A DNA stretch of 64,000 bases from an uncultured Chloroflexia bacterium. GTDB lineage: Bacteria > Chloroflexota > Limnocylindria > Limnocylindrales > CSP1-4. Below the pieces are notes generated by a model. That model searched no databases. It was not told where the DNA came from and worked only from the letters and a program-made list of their open reading frames with translations. The DNA is taken from assembly GCA_963835335.1 (NCBI GenBank), contig CAWIFB010000006.1, positions 136,084 to 200,083 on the forward strand, given 5' to 3'. This document shows positions 17,921-27,808 of the stretch, piece by piece (positions within the stretch are counted from its first letter, which is position 1; the number at the start of each line of letters is the position of its first letter). A program made the translations under genes and the position numbers.

Positions 17921-18538
17921 CTAGGGAGCCGAGCTCGCCTCCGGCCCGCCGAACGCACCGCGCCCCCCGAACAGGCCGCCCACGTTGCCGATGACCACGC
18001 TGGTCGCGGTGACGCTGCCGTCCGGGTTCGAGGTGCCGATGACCGTCACGGTCGCACCGCTCGTGATGTCCGTGATGGCCTTGGTGGCTTCCGACACCTC
18101 GGTCACCTTGGTGGTCGGGGTCAGCAGCACGATCCGCGACCCGCCGGCCGGCGTCGAGATCGTCATCTGGTCGGCCGAGACGGAATCAACCGTCCCGTTG
18201 GCACCGCCGCCGAAGCCACCGGCGCCACCATTGCGGATCCGGAACGATGCGTTGGGGCCGCCGAACGCCGGCCCGCCGTTGTCGCCGGTGAAGGCCGTCC
18301 GGTCCGTGCCCTGGGTCGACGTCGCGTTGGCGACCAGGTAGCCACCGGCGAACGCAACCAGGGCAATCGCCACGGCACCGACGATGGGCAGCCATCGGCG
18401 GCCGGCCGCGCCCTTCGGTCGAGCGGGCTGGATCGTCATCGACGACGGGTCAAACGGCTCGGGTTGTCCGTAGGGCGCGGGCTGGCCAAACGGTTCCGGC
18501 TGTCCGGAGGGCGAGGTGGTCATCGATTGATCTCCCAT
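17921..18538 (-). CDS. membrane-anchored Gly-rich protein with DUF5666-like C-terminal beta domain
   Basis: Pro/Gln-rich N-terminus, TM WLPIVGAVAIALVAFAGGYLV, GGFGGG tracts, then TVDSVSADQMTISTPAGGSRIVLLTPTTKVT...GATVTVIGTSNPDGSVTATSVVI. It is the last gene of the MacB-type operon. Confidence 0.55.
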   Translation of the reverse strand: MGDQSMTTSPSGQPEPFGQPAPYGQPEPFDPSSMTIQPARPKGAAGRRWLPIVGAVAIALVAFAGGYLVANATSTQGTDRTAFTGDNGGPAFGGPNASFRIRNGGAGGFGGGANGTVDSVSADQMTISTPAGGSRIVLLTPTTKVTEVSEATKAITDITSGATVTVIGTSNPDGSVTATSVVIGNVGGLFGGRGAFGGPEASSAP

Positions 18539-18580
18539 TGAGGTGGTTCGACAGGTCGGGGTCGGGTTGACGCCGCGGCG

Positions 18581-19837
18581 CTACTCGGTGCGCAACGCGA
18601 CGATTGGCTGGAGCTGGGCGGCGCGACGCGCCGGGTAGAGACCGAACAGCAGGCCGACGGCGGCGCTGACGCCGACGGCGACGAGCAGCGAGATGGGGGT
18701 GACCGTCGCCTGGACGGTGGTCAGGCTGGCGATGGCGATCGAGACCAGGATCCCGACCAGGGCTCCGGCGATGCCGCCGAGCGTGGTCAGGAACACGGCC
18801 TCGACCAGGAACTGGCCCAGGATGTCCCGGCGGCGGGCGCCGAGGGCCTTGCGCAGGCCGATCTCGCGCGTCCGCTCGGTCACCGAGACCAGCATGATGT
18901 TCATGATCCCGATCCCGCCCACCAGCAGGCTGATGCTGCCGATCGCCGCCAGCAGGACGGTGAACGTCGATGCCGCGGAGGTCGCCGCCGACAGCAGGTC
19001 CTGCTGCGTCTGGACGGTGAAGTCGGCCTGGGCCGGGTCGGCGATGTTGTGCGTCCCGAGCAGGACCTGGGTGGCCTCGAGCTGGACGTTGCTCATCGCG
19101 TCCTGGCTGACCGCGCTGATCGCGATCGTGTTGACGTTGGTGCGGCCGAAGATCCGCTGGGCGGCCGTCGTGACCGGCACCACGACCTGGTCGTCCTGGT
19201 TGAAGAAGCCGCCCGCGGTCCCCTTGGACTCGAACACCCCGACCACGAGCAGCCGCACCACGCGGACCGGGGCGTTCCGCCCGCCCGACGAGAAGTTGAG
19301 GTTGATGTACTGGCCGACGGCATCACCGCCGTTGAACAGGTCCGCAGCCGTCGACGATCCGATGACGGCGACCTGCGTGGCCGACGAGACGTCGGCGGCG
19401 GTGAAGAACGCTCCACTGGCGATGGTCCAGTTGCGGACCGTCAGGAACTCGGGCGTGGTGCCGGTGACCTGCGAGTTGGTGTTGGCGCCGCCGACGATGA
19501 CCTGCGCGCGGCCGGTCAGCTCGGGCTCGATGGCCGCGGCATCCGGGACCGCGCCTTCGGCCTGGAGCGCGGTCACGTCGTCCAGGGTCAGCGTGGTGGC
19601 GCCGCCACCCGGTCCGCGGACGAGGCCTGTCGAGACGCCGCCGGGCGAGACCAGGACGAGGTTGGTGCCCAGGCCCTGGAGCGTGCTCGAGATCGACGCG
19701 GAGGCTCCCTCGCCGACCGACACCATGCCGATCACCGCGGCGACGCCGACCAGGATGCCGAGGATGGTCAGCGCCGCGCGGAGCTTGTTGGCGGCCGTGG
19801 CCACGAACGCGGTCCGGAGCGTCTCGAACACGGGCAT
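18581..19837 (-). CDS. ABC transporter permease, MacB/FtsX type
   Basis: ATG at 19837 gives MPVFETLRTAFVATAANKLRAALTILGILVGVAAVI. A large extracytoplasmic loop is followed by the C-terminal FtsX-type segment REIGLRKALGARRRDIL. Confidence 0.9.
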   Translation of the reverse strand: MPVFETLRTAFVATAANKLRAALTILGILVGVAAVIGMVSVGEGASASISSTLQGLGTNLVLVSPGGVSTGLVRGPGGGATTLTLDDVTALQAEGAVPDAAAIEPELTGRAQVIVGGANTNSQVTGTTPEFLTVRNWTIASGAFFTAADVSSATQVAVIGSSTAADLFNGGDAVGQYINLNFSSGGRNAPVRVVRLLVVGVFESKGTAGGFFNQDDQVVVPVTTAAQRIFGRTNVNTIAISAVSQDAMSNVQLEATQVLLGTHNIADPAQADFTVQTQQDLLSAATSAASTFTVLLAAIGSISLLVGGIGIMNIMLVSVTERTREIGLRKALGARRRDILGQFLVEAVFLTTLGGIAGALVGILVSIAIASLTTVQATVTPISLLVAVGVSAAVGLLFGLYPARRAAQLQPIVALRTE

Positions 19838-19838
19838 C

Positions 19839-20675
19839 TCAGTCGACCGTGCCCGGCATCTCGGTGGGCTGAGGCGCCCAGATCGTCGATGCCGGGGCGA
19901 CCGCCCCAGCCTGGATGGCGGTGGTCGGGGCATCGAGCACGATCCGCCCGTCGAGCAGGTGGATCTGGCGGTGGGCCAGCTCCGCCACCCGTGGGTCGTG
20001 CGTCACCACGATCACGGTTCGGCCCGCCCGGTGGAGGCGGCCGAACAGCTGCATGATCCCGGCTCCCGCGGCGGAGTCGAGGCTGCCCGTGGGCTCGTCG
20101 GCGAGCAGGATCGCCGGCGAGGTGACGAGCGCCCGCGCGATCGCAACGCGCTGTTGCTCGCCGCCGGAGAGCTGGTTGGGGCGATGGCCGGCGCGCGCCG
20201 CCAGGCCCACGGCCTTGAGCGCGGCCAGCGCCTTCCGCTGGCGGTTCCGGTCACCGCGGTACGCCAGGGGCAGCGCCACGTTGTCCACGGCCGTCGTCCG
20301 GGACAGCAGGTTCCACTGCTGGAACACGAAGCCCACGAACCGATTGCGGACCCTGGCCAGCGCGTCGTCGCCCAGCCGCGAGACATCCACGCCGGCCAGC
20401 ACGTACTGTCCGCGGTCCGCGACGTCGAGGCAGCCGATGATGTTCATGAGGGTGCTCTTGCCGGACCCGGACGGACCCACGATCGCGACGAACTCGCCCT
20501 GGCCGATCCGGACGTTCAGCCCGCGCAGGGCGTACACGGCGGTCGAGCCGGCCGCGCCGAGCGAGCCGTCCGTGGCGCCGTAGCGCTTGACGATGCCCTG
20601 CATCGAGACCAGGGGCGCGGCGGCGCCGGCGCCGCTCGTGGCGACCGCCGGGATCGAGGTCAGCGCCGTCGTCAC
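19839..20675 (-). CDS. ABC transporter ATP-binding protein, MacB/LolD type
   Basis: Walker A GPSGSGKST, Q-loop FVFQQWNLL, signature LSGGEQQRVAIARAL, Walker B ILLADEPTG. An alternative ATG start is at 20603. Confidence 0.9.
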   Translation of the reverse strand: MTTALTSIPAVATSGAGAAAPLVSMQGIVKRYGATDGSLGAAGSTAVYALRGLNVRIGQGEFVAIVGPSGSGKSTLMNIIGCLDVADRGQYVLAGVDVSRLGDDALARVRNRFVGFVFQQWNLLSRTTAVDNVALPLAYRGDRNRQRKALAALKAVGLAARAGHRPNQLSGGEQQRVAIARALVTSPAILLADEPTGSLDSAAGAGIMQLFGRLHRAGRTVIVVTHDPRVAELAHRQIHLLDGRIVLDAPTTAIQAGAVAPASTIWAPQPTEMPGTVD

Positions 20676-20737
20676 GCGCCGGGGCGGTCGTCGTCGGCGC
20701 CCCTGCCGCGGTCACGTCGGCTCGAGGCGGACCCGCA

Positions 20738-22277
20738 TCAGCCACCGAACGCTCCGCCACCCTCGAAGATCCGCGTTCCGCCGCCACCGAACGTGCCGCC
20801 GCGCGGCTGGTTCGTCGTCGTCTGCAGCGACTCCACGACCGTGGCGCCGTCGCTGAGCCCGGACACGATCTGCGTCTGCGAGCCGTTGCTGATCCCGACG
20901 GTGACCGGCACGTTCGTCTGCGTCTTGCCATCGGCCTCGAGCACGGTGACGACCTGCTGGCCGCCGACCGTCTTGACGGCCAGGCTGGGGACGAGGACGG
21001 CGTTGTCGGCGCGGTCCGTGACCACGGCGGCCGTGGCGCTCATCCCGACCAGCAGCGCCGGGTTGGTGCCCGAGATGCACACCGTGACGCCGAAGCTGGT
21101 CACGCCCGAGATCTGCGACCCGACGACGCTCAGCTGGCACACCTTGCCGACGACCGTCTCGGTTCCCAGCGCGGTCGCGCTGATGGTCGCGGGCTGGTCC
21201 ATCTTGAGCTTCGCGATATCGGTCTCCGACGCCTCGCCCGCGATCTGGAGGTTGGCGAGATCCATGACCTCGATCTGGCCGGTCGTGCTCGCCGAGGCCG
21301 CCGACTGATGAGCCGGACGAGCCCGAGACCTGCTGGCCGACCTCGAGGTTGACGGCGGTCACGGTGCCGGCGATGGGGGAGGTGATGGTGGCGCCGGTGG
21401 CCTGGAGGTTGGCGAGCGTCTGCTGCGCCTGGGCCAGGGAGGCTCGATCGGCGGCAAGCTGTGCGTCCGGGGTGGGGGCGGTCCGGGTGGTGTAGTTGTG
21501 CTTGGCGGTCGTGAGCGCCAGCGTCGCCGAGCTCACCTGCGCCTCGGCCTGGTGCTGCGACTGGGTGGCCCTGAGCTTCGTGTTCGCGAGCGCGGAGGTG
21601 GCGCTCGAAACGGCGGCCTCGTCCTTGGCCAGCTGGGGATCGTCGGCGGGGAGCGTGGCCTTGTCGGCCGCCAGCGTCGCCTTGGCCGCACTCAGGGCGG
21701 CCGTGGCGTCGGCGATGTTCTGCTTGTTCTGGGCCTTGGTGTCGGACAGGGAGGTCTTGGCGGTCGACAGCTGGAGCGTCGCCTGGTCGACCGAGTCCTT
21801 GGCCGCGGCGATCGTGTCGGCCGTCGGGGCCGCCACGTCGTCGTCGAGGCGCGCCTGCGCCGCATCGACGTTCGCCTGCGCCGTCTGGAGCTGGACCTGG
21901 AGCGACGAGTCGTCGATGGTGGCCAGGACCTGGCCCTCGGTGACGGTGTCGCCGACCGCGACGTTGACCGCGGTCACGGTGCCGGCGCTGTCGAAGCTCA
22001 GCTCGTTGATCGAGGACGAGGCGATCGAGCCCGAGATGCTCACGCTGCTGACGATCGTGCCGGTCGTGGCGGTGCCGGTGACGAGCGTCGCCGCCTCGGT
22101 ACCGAACGGCTTCGCGATCCAGAACGCGGCCGCGGCGATGATCAGGGCGACCAGGGGCACGACCAGCCATCGCCAGCGCCGGCGTCGTCCCGGCGGGTCA
22201 CCAAGATCGGAATCGTTGAACTGGAACTCGTCGGCCCAGGCTGAGCCCGGATCCGTCGTCTCGACCGCGTTGGTCAT
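20738..22277 (-). CDS. HlyD/efflux periplasmic adaptor family protein (frameshift near 21295-21325)
   Basis: N-terminal TM, biotinyl-lipoyl-like GTVTAVNVAVGDTVTEGQVLATID, a long coiled coil and SPIAGTVTAVNLEVGQQV. The beta-barrel part (MDLANLQIAGEASETDIAKL...) continues in another frame (ORF 20738..21265). Confidence 0.8.
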
Positions 22278-22406
22278 CTGCCCATCCCGAACCTACCCCT
22301 GCCCCACCCGATGACGCCACGGTGGCCGAGGTTCGTGAGAGCAGCGTGAGAGGTGGGCGACGGCTGTTCCTGGGTGATGCCTGCCGTGTGGGGACTCGCG
22401 GGCCTG

Positions 22407-23366
22407 CTAGGGGATCGAGCCCACGCAGGCGAGCGCGCCCGGCGTGCCCGCGATCCGGTATTCGGGCACGGAGGCGGGGACCACGAGCGTCTCGAACGGC
22501 TCGAGGCGCTCCTGCCAGCCATCGCCCGAGACCTCGACCGAGCCCCGGATCGCCGTCACGATCTCCAGGGTTTCGCCGGCGGGGCGCCGGTTCGCCGGGG
22601 TCGCGAGGTCCGGGATCTCGAGCCGCAGCTCGGGCACCGTGAGCGCGCCGCCGTCGAGGCGCCAGCTGCGCCCGACCGGGATCGCGTGGGCGTCCGGCCG
22701 CACCGCCCGGAGCGACTCCGCGATGTGCAGCGGCCGCTCCGCGGTGGCGGGCCGGCCCCAGTCGGACATGCGGAACGTGATGTCGGACGGCTGCTCGATC
22801 TCGTAGACCAGCGACCCGGCCCCGATCGCGTGCATCGTGCCCGCGCGGAGGAGGAGCGTCTCGCCCGGCGTGGCGGCGCTGGTCTCACAGTGGCTGCGTC
22901 CGACGACGCCGTCCTCGATCGCGCGCAGGAGCTGTCCCGCTTCGAGATCGCGGCGTGGACCGGTGACGAGCACGGCATCGGGCTCGGCGTCGACCACCAG
23001 CCAGGCCTCGGTCTTGCCCAGCGCGGTCGGGCCGTACAGCTCGGCTGCCAGCGCGTCGTCGGGATGGACCTGGAGCGACAGCCACTCCCCGGCGTCGATC
23101 AGCTTGACCAGCAGCGGGAACCGGGCGCCGAGCAGGGCGATCGCCCGGCTGCCGACGAGCGCCGCCCCTTCGGACGCTGCAAGCTCATCGAGCGTCATCG
23201 AGCCGTCCGACGTTGCCCCATGCGCGGTGCCGCCGCCCGCCGGCGCCTCGACGACCGAGCCCGGGCCGGCGACCCACAGCTCGCCCACGTGCTCGGCCGC
23301 GTCCGCGAGGCGGTGACCGGCCCACGGGCGGCGGCTTCGATAGGGGATCGGGCGCAGCGGGAGCAT
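22407..23366 (-). CDS. manA: class I mannose-6-phosphate isomerase
   Basis: ATG at 23366. FPLLVKLIDAGEWLSLQVHPDD, GKTEAWLV and LLLRAGTMHAIGAGSLVYEIEQPSD are typical PMI type I motifs. Confidence 0.8.
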   Translation of the reverse strand: MLPLRPIPYRSRRPWAGHRLADAAEHVGELWVAGPGSVVEAPAGGGTAHGATSDGSMTLDELAASEGAALVGSRAIALLGARFPLLVKLIDAGEWLSLQVHPDDALAAELYGPTALGKTEAWLVVDAEPDAVLVTGPRRDLEAGQLLRAIEDGVVGRSHCETSAATPGETLLLRAGTMHAIGAGSLVYEIEQPSDITFRMSDWGRPATAERPLHIAESLRAVRPDAHAIPVGRSWRLDGGALTVPELRLEIPDLATPANRRPAGETLEIVTAIRGSVEVSGDGWQERLEPFETLVVPASVPEYRIAGTPGALACVGSIP

Positions 23367-23549
23367 CGGCAGGCAGCATAGAGGGTCCCGCCCGAGCGAT
23401 GATGGCGTTGCGCCGATGGCGACGCGCCCCACCCGTGGAGGACTTCGTCCATGCCGACTGCCGCTTCGCCGCGCCGGCGGCCCCGGACCTCCGAGCCCGC
23501 CACTCCGCCAGGGGACCGCGCGCGGATCCGGCGCCTGGTCGCGGCCGAC

Positions 23550-24987
23550 ATGTCCCGGCTGCAACCGGGCGCGCAGCGCGGCTGGTGGCTGCGGGAGGCG
23601 CTCGAATGCGGATCCGGGGGTCGAATGCCCGGCGCTCGAGGGCGCGGCGACCGCCGATGTCGTCATCATCGGTGGCGGGTTCACCGGGCTGTGGACGGCG
23701 TGGTGGCTGCTCGAGCACGACCCCGCGACCCGCGTCACGATCCTCGAGGCGGACATCGTCGGCGGCGGCGCCAGCGGTCGCAACGGCGGGTTCCTGACCG
23801 GCTGGTGGGACTACCTGCCGGCGCTGGTCGGGAACTTCGGGCCGGAGGCGGGCCTCGCGGCCGCGATGGCGCTCGATGGGGCGCCGGCCTGGATCGGGGA
23901 CTGGGCGGCGCGGCACGACATCGACCCCTGGTTCCGGCCGGGCGGGACGCTCGTGGTCAGCACATCGGCCGCGCAGGACGACGCGTGGGACGGGATCGTC
24001 GATCTCGCCGCCGAGCTGGGCGTGTCCGACCGGTTCCTGCCGCTGACGGCTGCACAGGTTCGAGCGCGGTGCGCGTCACCTGCGTTGCGGGGCGGCCTGC
24101 TGATCCCGGGCGACGCCTCGGTCCAGCCGGCGCGCCTTGCCCGCGGGCTCCGGCGGGTGCTGCTGGAGCGCGGGGTCGTGATCCACGAGGGGACCCGGGT
24201 GACGGACCTGCGCGAGGAGGGCGGCGGCGTCCGCGTCACGACGGACCGGGACGGGGTGCTCACTGCGGGGCGCGCCGTGCTGGCGGTCAACGCCTGGGCC
24301 GCGGGCTGGCCACGGGCGGGGTTCGGCGCCCGGATGATCACGTGGTCCAGCTACATGGTCCTCACCGAGCCGATCCCGCAGCGACTTCGCGACCTCGGCT
24401 GGACCGGTGGCGAGGCACTGACCGATTGCCGGTTCACCAACCACTACTTCCGGACGACCGCCGATGGGCGGATCGCGTTCGGTGGCGGCGGCGGTCGCGC
24501 CGGCTACGGCGGGCGGCTGGGTTCATGGGTGACCGACGATCGCGGATCGGTCGCGCTCGCGGCCCGCGGCTTCCGGCGCCTGTTCCCGATGCTCGACGAC
24601 GTCGACCTCGTCGACGCCTGGGGCGGCCCGATCGACATCGCGCCCAATCACCTGCCGTCGTTCGGGACGCTCGGCGGCCGAGGCGGGCGGATCCACTGGG
24701 GCCACGGGTACAGCGGCACCGGCGTCGGCCCGTCATGGCTGGGCGGCAAGATCCTCGCCGCGCTCGCCCAGGACCGGCTCGACGACCCCGTTGCGCGACT
24801 GCCGATGGTCGGCCATCGCGCCCGCCGGTTCCCGCCCGAGCCGTTCCGGTTCCTGGGTGCCCGCGTCATCCGGGAGGCGATCGTCGCCAAGGAGCAGCGT
24901 GACGACGAGGGCGGCTTCGTCCCGCCGCCGCTCCGATGGCTGGTCCGCCTGCCGCGCGCGATGGGCTACGACCTGGGACCCGAGTAG
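23550..24987 (+). CDS. FAD-dependent oxidoreductase (DAO family), probable frameshift near 23606
   Basis: Dinucleotide fold ADVVIIGGGFTGLWTA...GGGASGRNGG. The conserved-looking N-terminus MSRLQPGAQRGWWLREALE is in frame 0 from ATG at 23550, and the body is in frame +1. Alternatively the gene starts later without a shift. Confidence 0.75.
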
Positions 24988-25011
24988 TTCGTCGCCAGAT
25001 CTCCGTCTCGC

Positions 25012-26715
25012 CTACCCGCGCTTCGGGCGCCGCTCGAACGCCTCGACCGCGACCGGCAGCGTGGGATAGATCCGCGCCTCGTCGATCATCGACAGCAGCC
25101 CACCCCGCCGCATCTGCGCGAGCAGGTCCTGCTTGACCCGCGCCATCGCGAAGGTCACGCCGCGGGCGCCCAGATCCTCGGTCAGCGCCTCGATGGCCGC
25201 CGCCGCGGTGGTATCGAGCTCCACGATCGCCTCGGCATTGAGCAGGAACCACTCCACCGGACCCGCCTGTGAATCGACGGCCGCGAGCGCCCGGGTCCGG
25301 AAGTCCTCCGCGTTGGCGAAGCACAGCGGCGCGTCGTACCGGAACACGAGCAATCCGGGGATCTGCACCGCGTCCGGATAGTCCTCGATGTTGTGCAGCC
25401 CGGCCAGGCCCGGGACCCGCCCCAGGACCGACGCCGGTGGTCGCGCGACGCGCGCGAACAGGTCGGCGACCGACAACGCCATCGCAACGAGGATGCCGGC
25501 GAGGACGTCGAACACGAGCACGCCCGCCACCGCCGCCAGCGCGAGTCCCAGCTCCGTCGTCCGGAACCCGGCCAGCCGCCGGAGGGCGGGCAGGTCGATG
25601 AGGCGGAGCGCGGCATAGACCACGACCCCGCCCAGCGCCGCCTTCGGGATGAGCCCGATCAGGCCGGGCACGGCGAGCACGACGACGGCCACCGCCACGG
25701 CTGCGACGAGGCCAGCGGCCTGACTCCGAGCGTGCATCGCATCGAGGATCGCCGTCCGCGACCCCGACGCGCTGAGCGGGAAGCCGCCCATCAGCCCGGA
25801 CGCGACGTTCGCCGCACCGAGTGCCAGGAACTCGCGGTTCGGATCGATCGTCTCGCCGTTGCGCGCGGCGAACGCTCGGCCGGTCAGGGCGACGTCCGTG
25901 TAGCCGACGAACGCGATCGCCGCCGCCGACCCGACGAGCGCGGTGATGTCGCCCAGCCCCAGCGCCGGCACCGACAGTCCGGGGAGGCCCGCCGGGACGT
26001 CGCCGACCAGCGACACGCCGCGATCCTCGAGCCCCAGCAACGCCGTCACAGCGATCGCGCCGATCACGGCAAGGAGCGTCCCCGGCGCCAGCGGGCTCAC
26101 CCGGCGCAGGGTCAGCAGGAAGGCAACGACCCCAAGGCCGAGCAGCAGCGCCGCGGGCTGGACCTCCTCGAGGCGCCCGGCCAGCTCGCCGAGCTTGCCC
26201 AGCGAGTCGGTCGCGGACAGGGACACGCCCGCGATCGTGCCCACCTGGGAGGCGATCATGACCAGGCCGACGCCGGCCATGTAGCCGATGAGGATCGGGT
26301 GCGACAGGAGGTCGGCGAGGAACCCGAGGCGGAGCACGAACGCCGCCAGGCACACGACGCCCACGACCAGCGCCAGGCCGGCCGCCAGGACCGCATATCG
26401 CCCGGGATCGCCTCCCGCGAGCGGGCCGACGGCCGCCGCGACCATCACCGCCGTTGCAGACTCGGGGCCCACGGACAGCATCCGCGAGGTGCCCAGCAGC
26501 GCATACACGACCATCGCGAGCACCGCGACCCAGAGCCCGGTGATCGCCGGGACGCCCGCGAGATCCGCGTACGCGAGGCACTGCGGCACCAGGTACGCGG
26601 TGACGGCGACGCCGGCGAGGACGTCCGTTCGGAACCAGCCCGCGTTGTAGCCGGCGAGCTGCGCGAGGCCTGCAACTGGGCGTTTGTCGGTCCGCGCGGA
26701 CCTTTCGACGCTCAC
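25012..26715 (-). CDS. SulP family anion permease with C-terminal STAS domain
   Basis: GTG at 26715. YLVPQCLAYADLAGVPAITGLW, YALLGTSRMLSVGPESA and the STAS part GLLVFRYDAPLCFANAEDF. Confidence 0.9.
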   Translation of the reverse strand: MSVERSARTDKRPVAGLAQLAGYNAGWFRTDVLAGVAVTAYLVPQCLAYADLAGVPAITGLWVAVLAMVVYALLGTSRMLSVGPESATAVMVAAAVGPLAGGDPGRYAVLAAGLALVVGVVCLAAFVLRLGFLADLLSHPILIGYMAGVGLVMIASQVGTIAGVSLSATDSLGKLGELAGRLEEVQPAALLLGLGVVAFLLTLRRVSPLAPGTLLAVIGAIAVTALLGLEDRGVSLVGDVPAGLPGLSVPALGLGDITALVGSAAAIAFVGYTDVALTGRAFAARNGETIDPNREFLALGAANVASGLMGGFPLSASGSRTAILDAMHARSQAAGLVAAVAVAVVVLAVPGLIGLIPKAALGGVVVYAALRLIDLPALRRLAGFRTTELGLALAAVAGVLVFDVLAGILVAMALSVADLFARVARPPASVLGRVPGLAGLHNIEDYPDAVQIPGLLVFRYDAPLCFANAEDFRTRALAAVDSQAGPVEWFLLNAEAIVELDTTAAAAIEALTEDLGARGVTFAMARVKQDLLAQMRRGGLLSMIDEARIYPTLPVAVEAFERRPKRG

Positions 26716-26995
26716 GATCCGCCCGCTCCGTGCTCCATGGGCGCGTCCTGTCGTTTCGGGACTTTGGACCCTCGGGTCGCGCGGTCCACAGGTGGGATGG
26801 TAGGGCCACGCGAGCCTCGCGGCCCGTGGTACGAGCAAACCGACCGCCAGCTCCGACGTGCCGACCGCCGATCCGGCGAAGCCCCCGAGGCTCCGGATGC
26901 AGGCACCACCGGCCGACTCGAGCACCGGCAGGGCCGCGGGCCCGCGGTCTTCATGCCCAGGGGAACCGCGGCGCGCTACGCTCCGTCATCGACCC

Positions 26996-27719
26996 ATGCG
27001 CATACCTTCCCGCGTTGCTGCCACCCTGGCGCTCGTCGCCGTTGCCGCACTCGTTGCCGCCTGCGGCAGCTCCGCGGGCACGCCTGCGCCCACGGCGACC
27101 ATCATCCAGTCGGCTGCCGATGCCGCGCGGACGGTCGCGGACGAGGTGCCGCTGTTCGCCGGCATCGACGCCAAGGACGCCAACCTGATCGGTCAGGCCT
27201 CCTGGTACGAGGCAGTCCCCACCGAGGCCGCCAAGCCGCCGGTGCCGTGGCGCGTCACGTTCAGGGTCGGCTGGGGCGACTGCCCGGCGGGCTGCATCGA
27301 CGAGCACACCTGGACCTACGAGGTCGGCGTTGATGGCTCGGTCACCTTCGTCGAGGAGGCAGGCTCCGTCGTGCCACCGGCCGTGTTCGAGACCCTACGA
27401 GCAGCCAGCGGCGTCACCGGCGTGAGCGGTCGTGTCACGGCCGGCCCGACCTGCCCGGTCGAGCGCCCCGGCGACCCCGCGTGCCAGCCTCGGCCTGTCG
27501 CCGGTGCGGTCCTGGTCGTGACCACGCCAGCGGCGCCGAGGTCGCCCGTGTCACCACGGATGCGAGCGGCCTGTTCGGCGCCGCACTCGCGCCCGGCGAC
27601 TACACCCTCACGCCCCAACCGGTCGAGGGCCTGATGGGCACCGCGGCGCCGATGCCGTTCACGGTCAGCGACGGCGCCTGGTGTTCCAGGACGTGGCCTA
27701 CGACACCGGGATCCGCTGA
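26996..27719 (+). pseudogene. lipoprotein with carboxypeptidase-regulatory-like C-terminal domain, two frame breaks
   Basis: Signal plus lipobox MRIPSRVAATLALVAVAALVAAC. The frame changes near 27523 (…AVLVVT | ASGAEVARVTTDASGLFGAALAPGDYTL). It changes again near 27675 to reach the terminal LVFQDVAYDTGIR-stop. Confidence 0.65.
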
Positions 27720-27788
27720 TGGGTTCGCCCGGGCCAAGGCAGGGCGCCCTCGTAGTATGCGGCTGACTTGTCTCTGGGCGCCCTATCA

Positions 27789-27806
27789 CTCGAACTGCAG
27801 TTCGAG
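27789..27806 (-). terminator. hairpin after the TadG-like gene
   Basis: ctcgaac-tgca-gttcgag lies 3 nt past the TAG at 27809-27811. There is no U tract. Confidence 0.4.
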
Positions 27807-27808
27807 GG

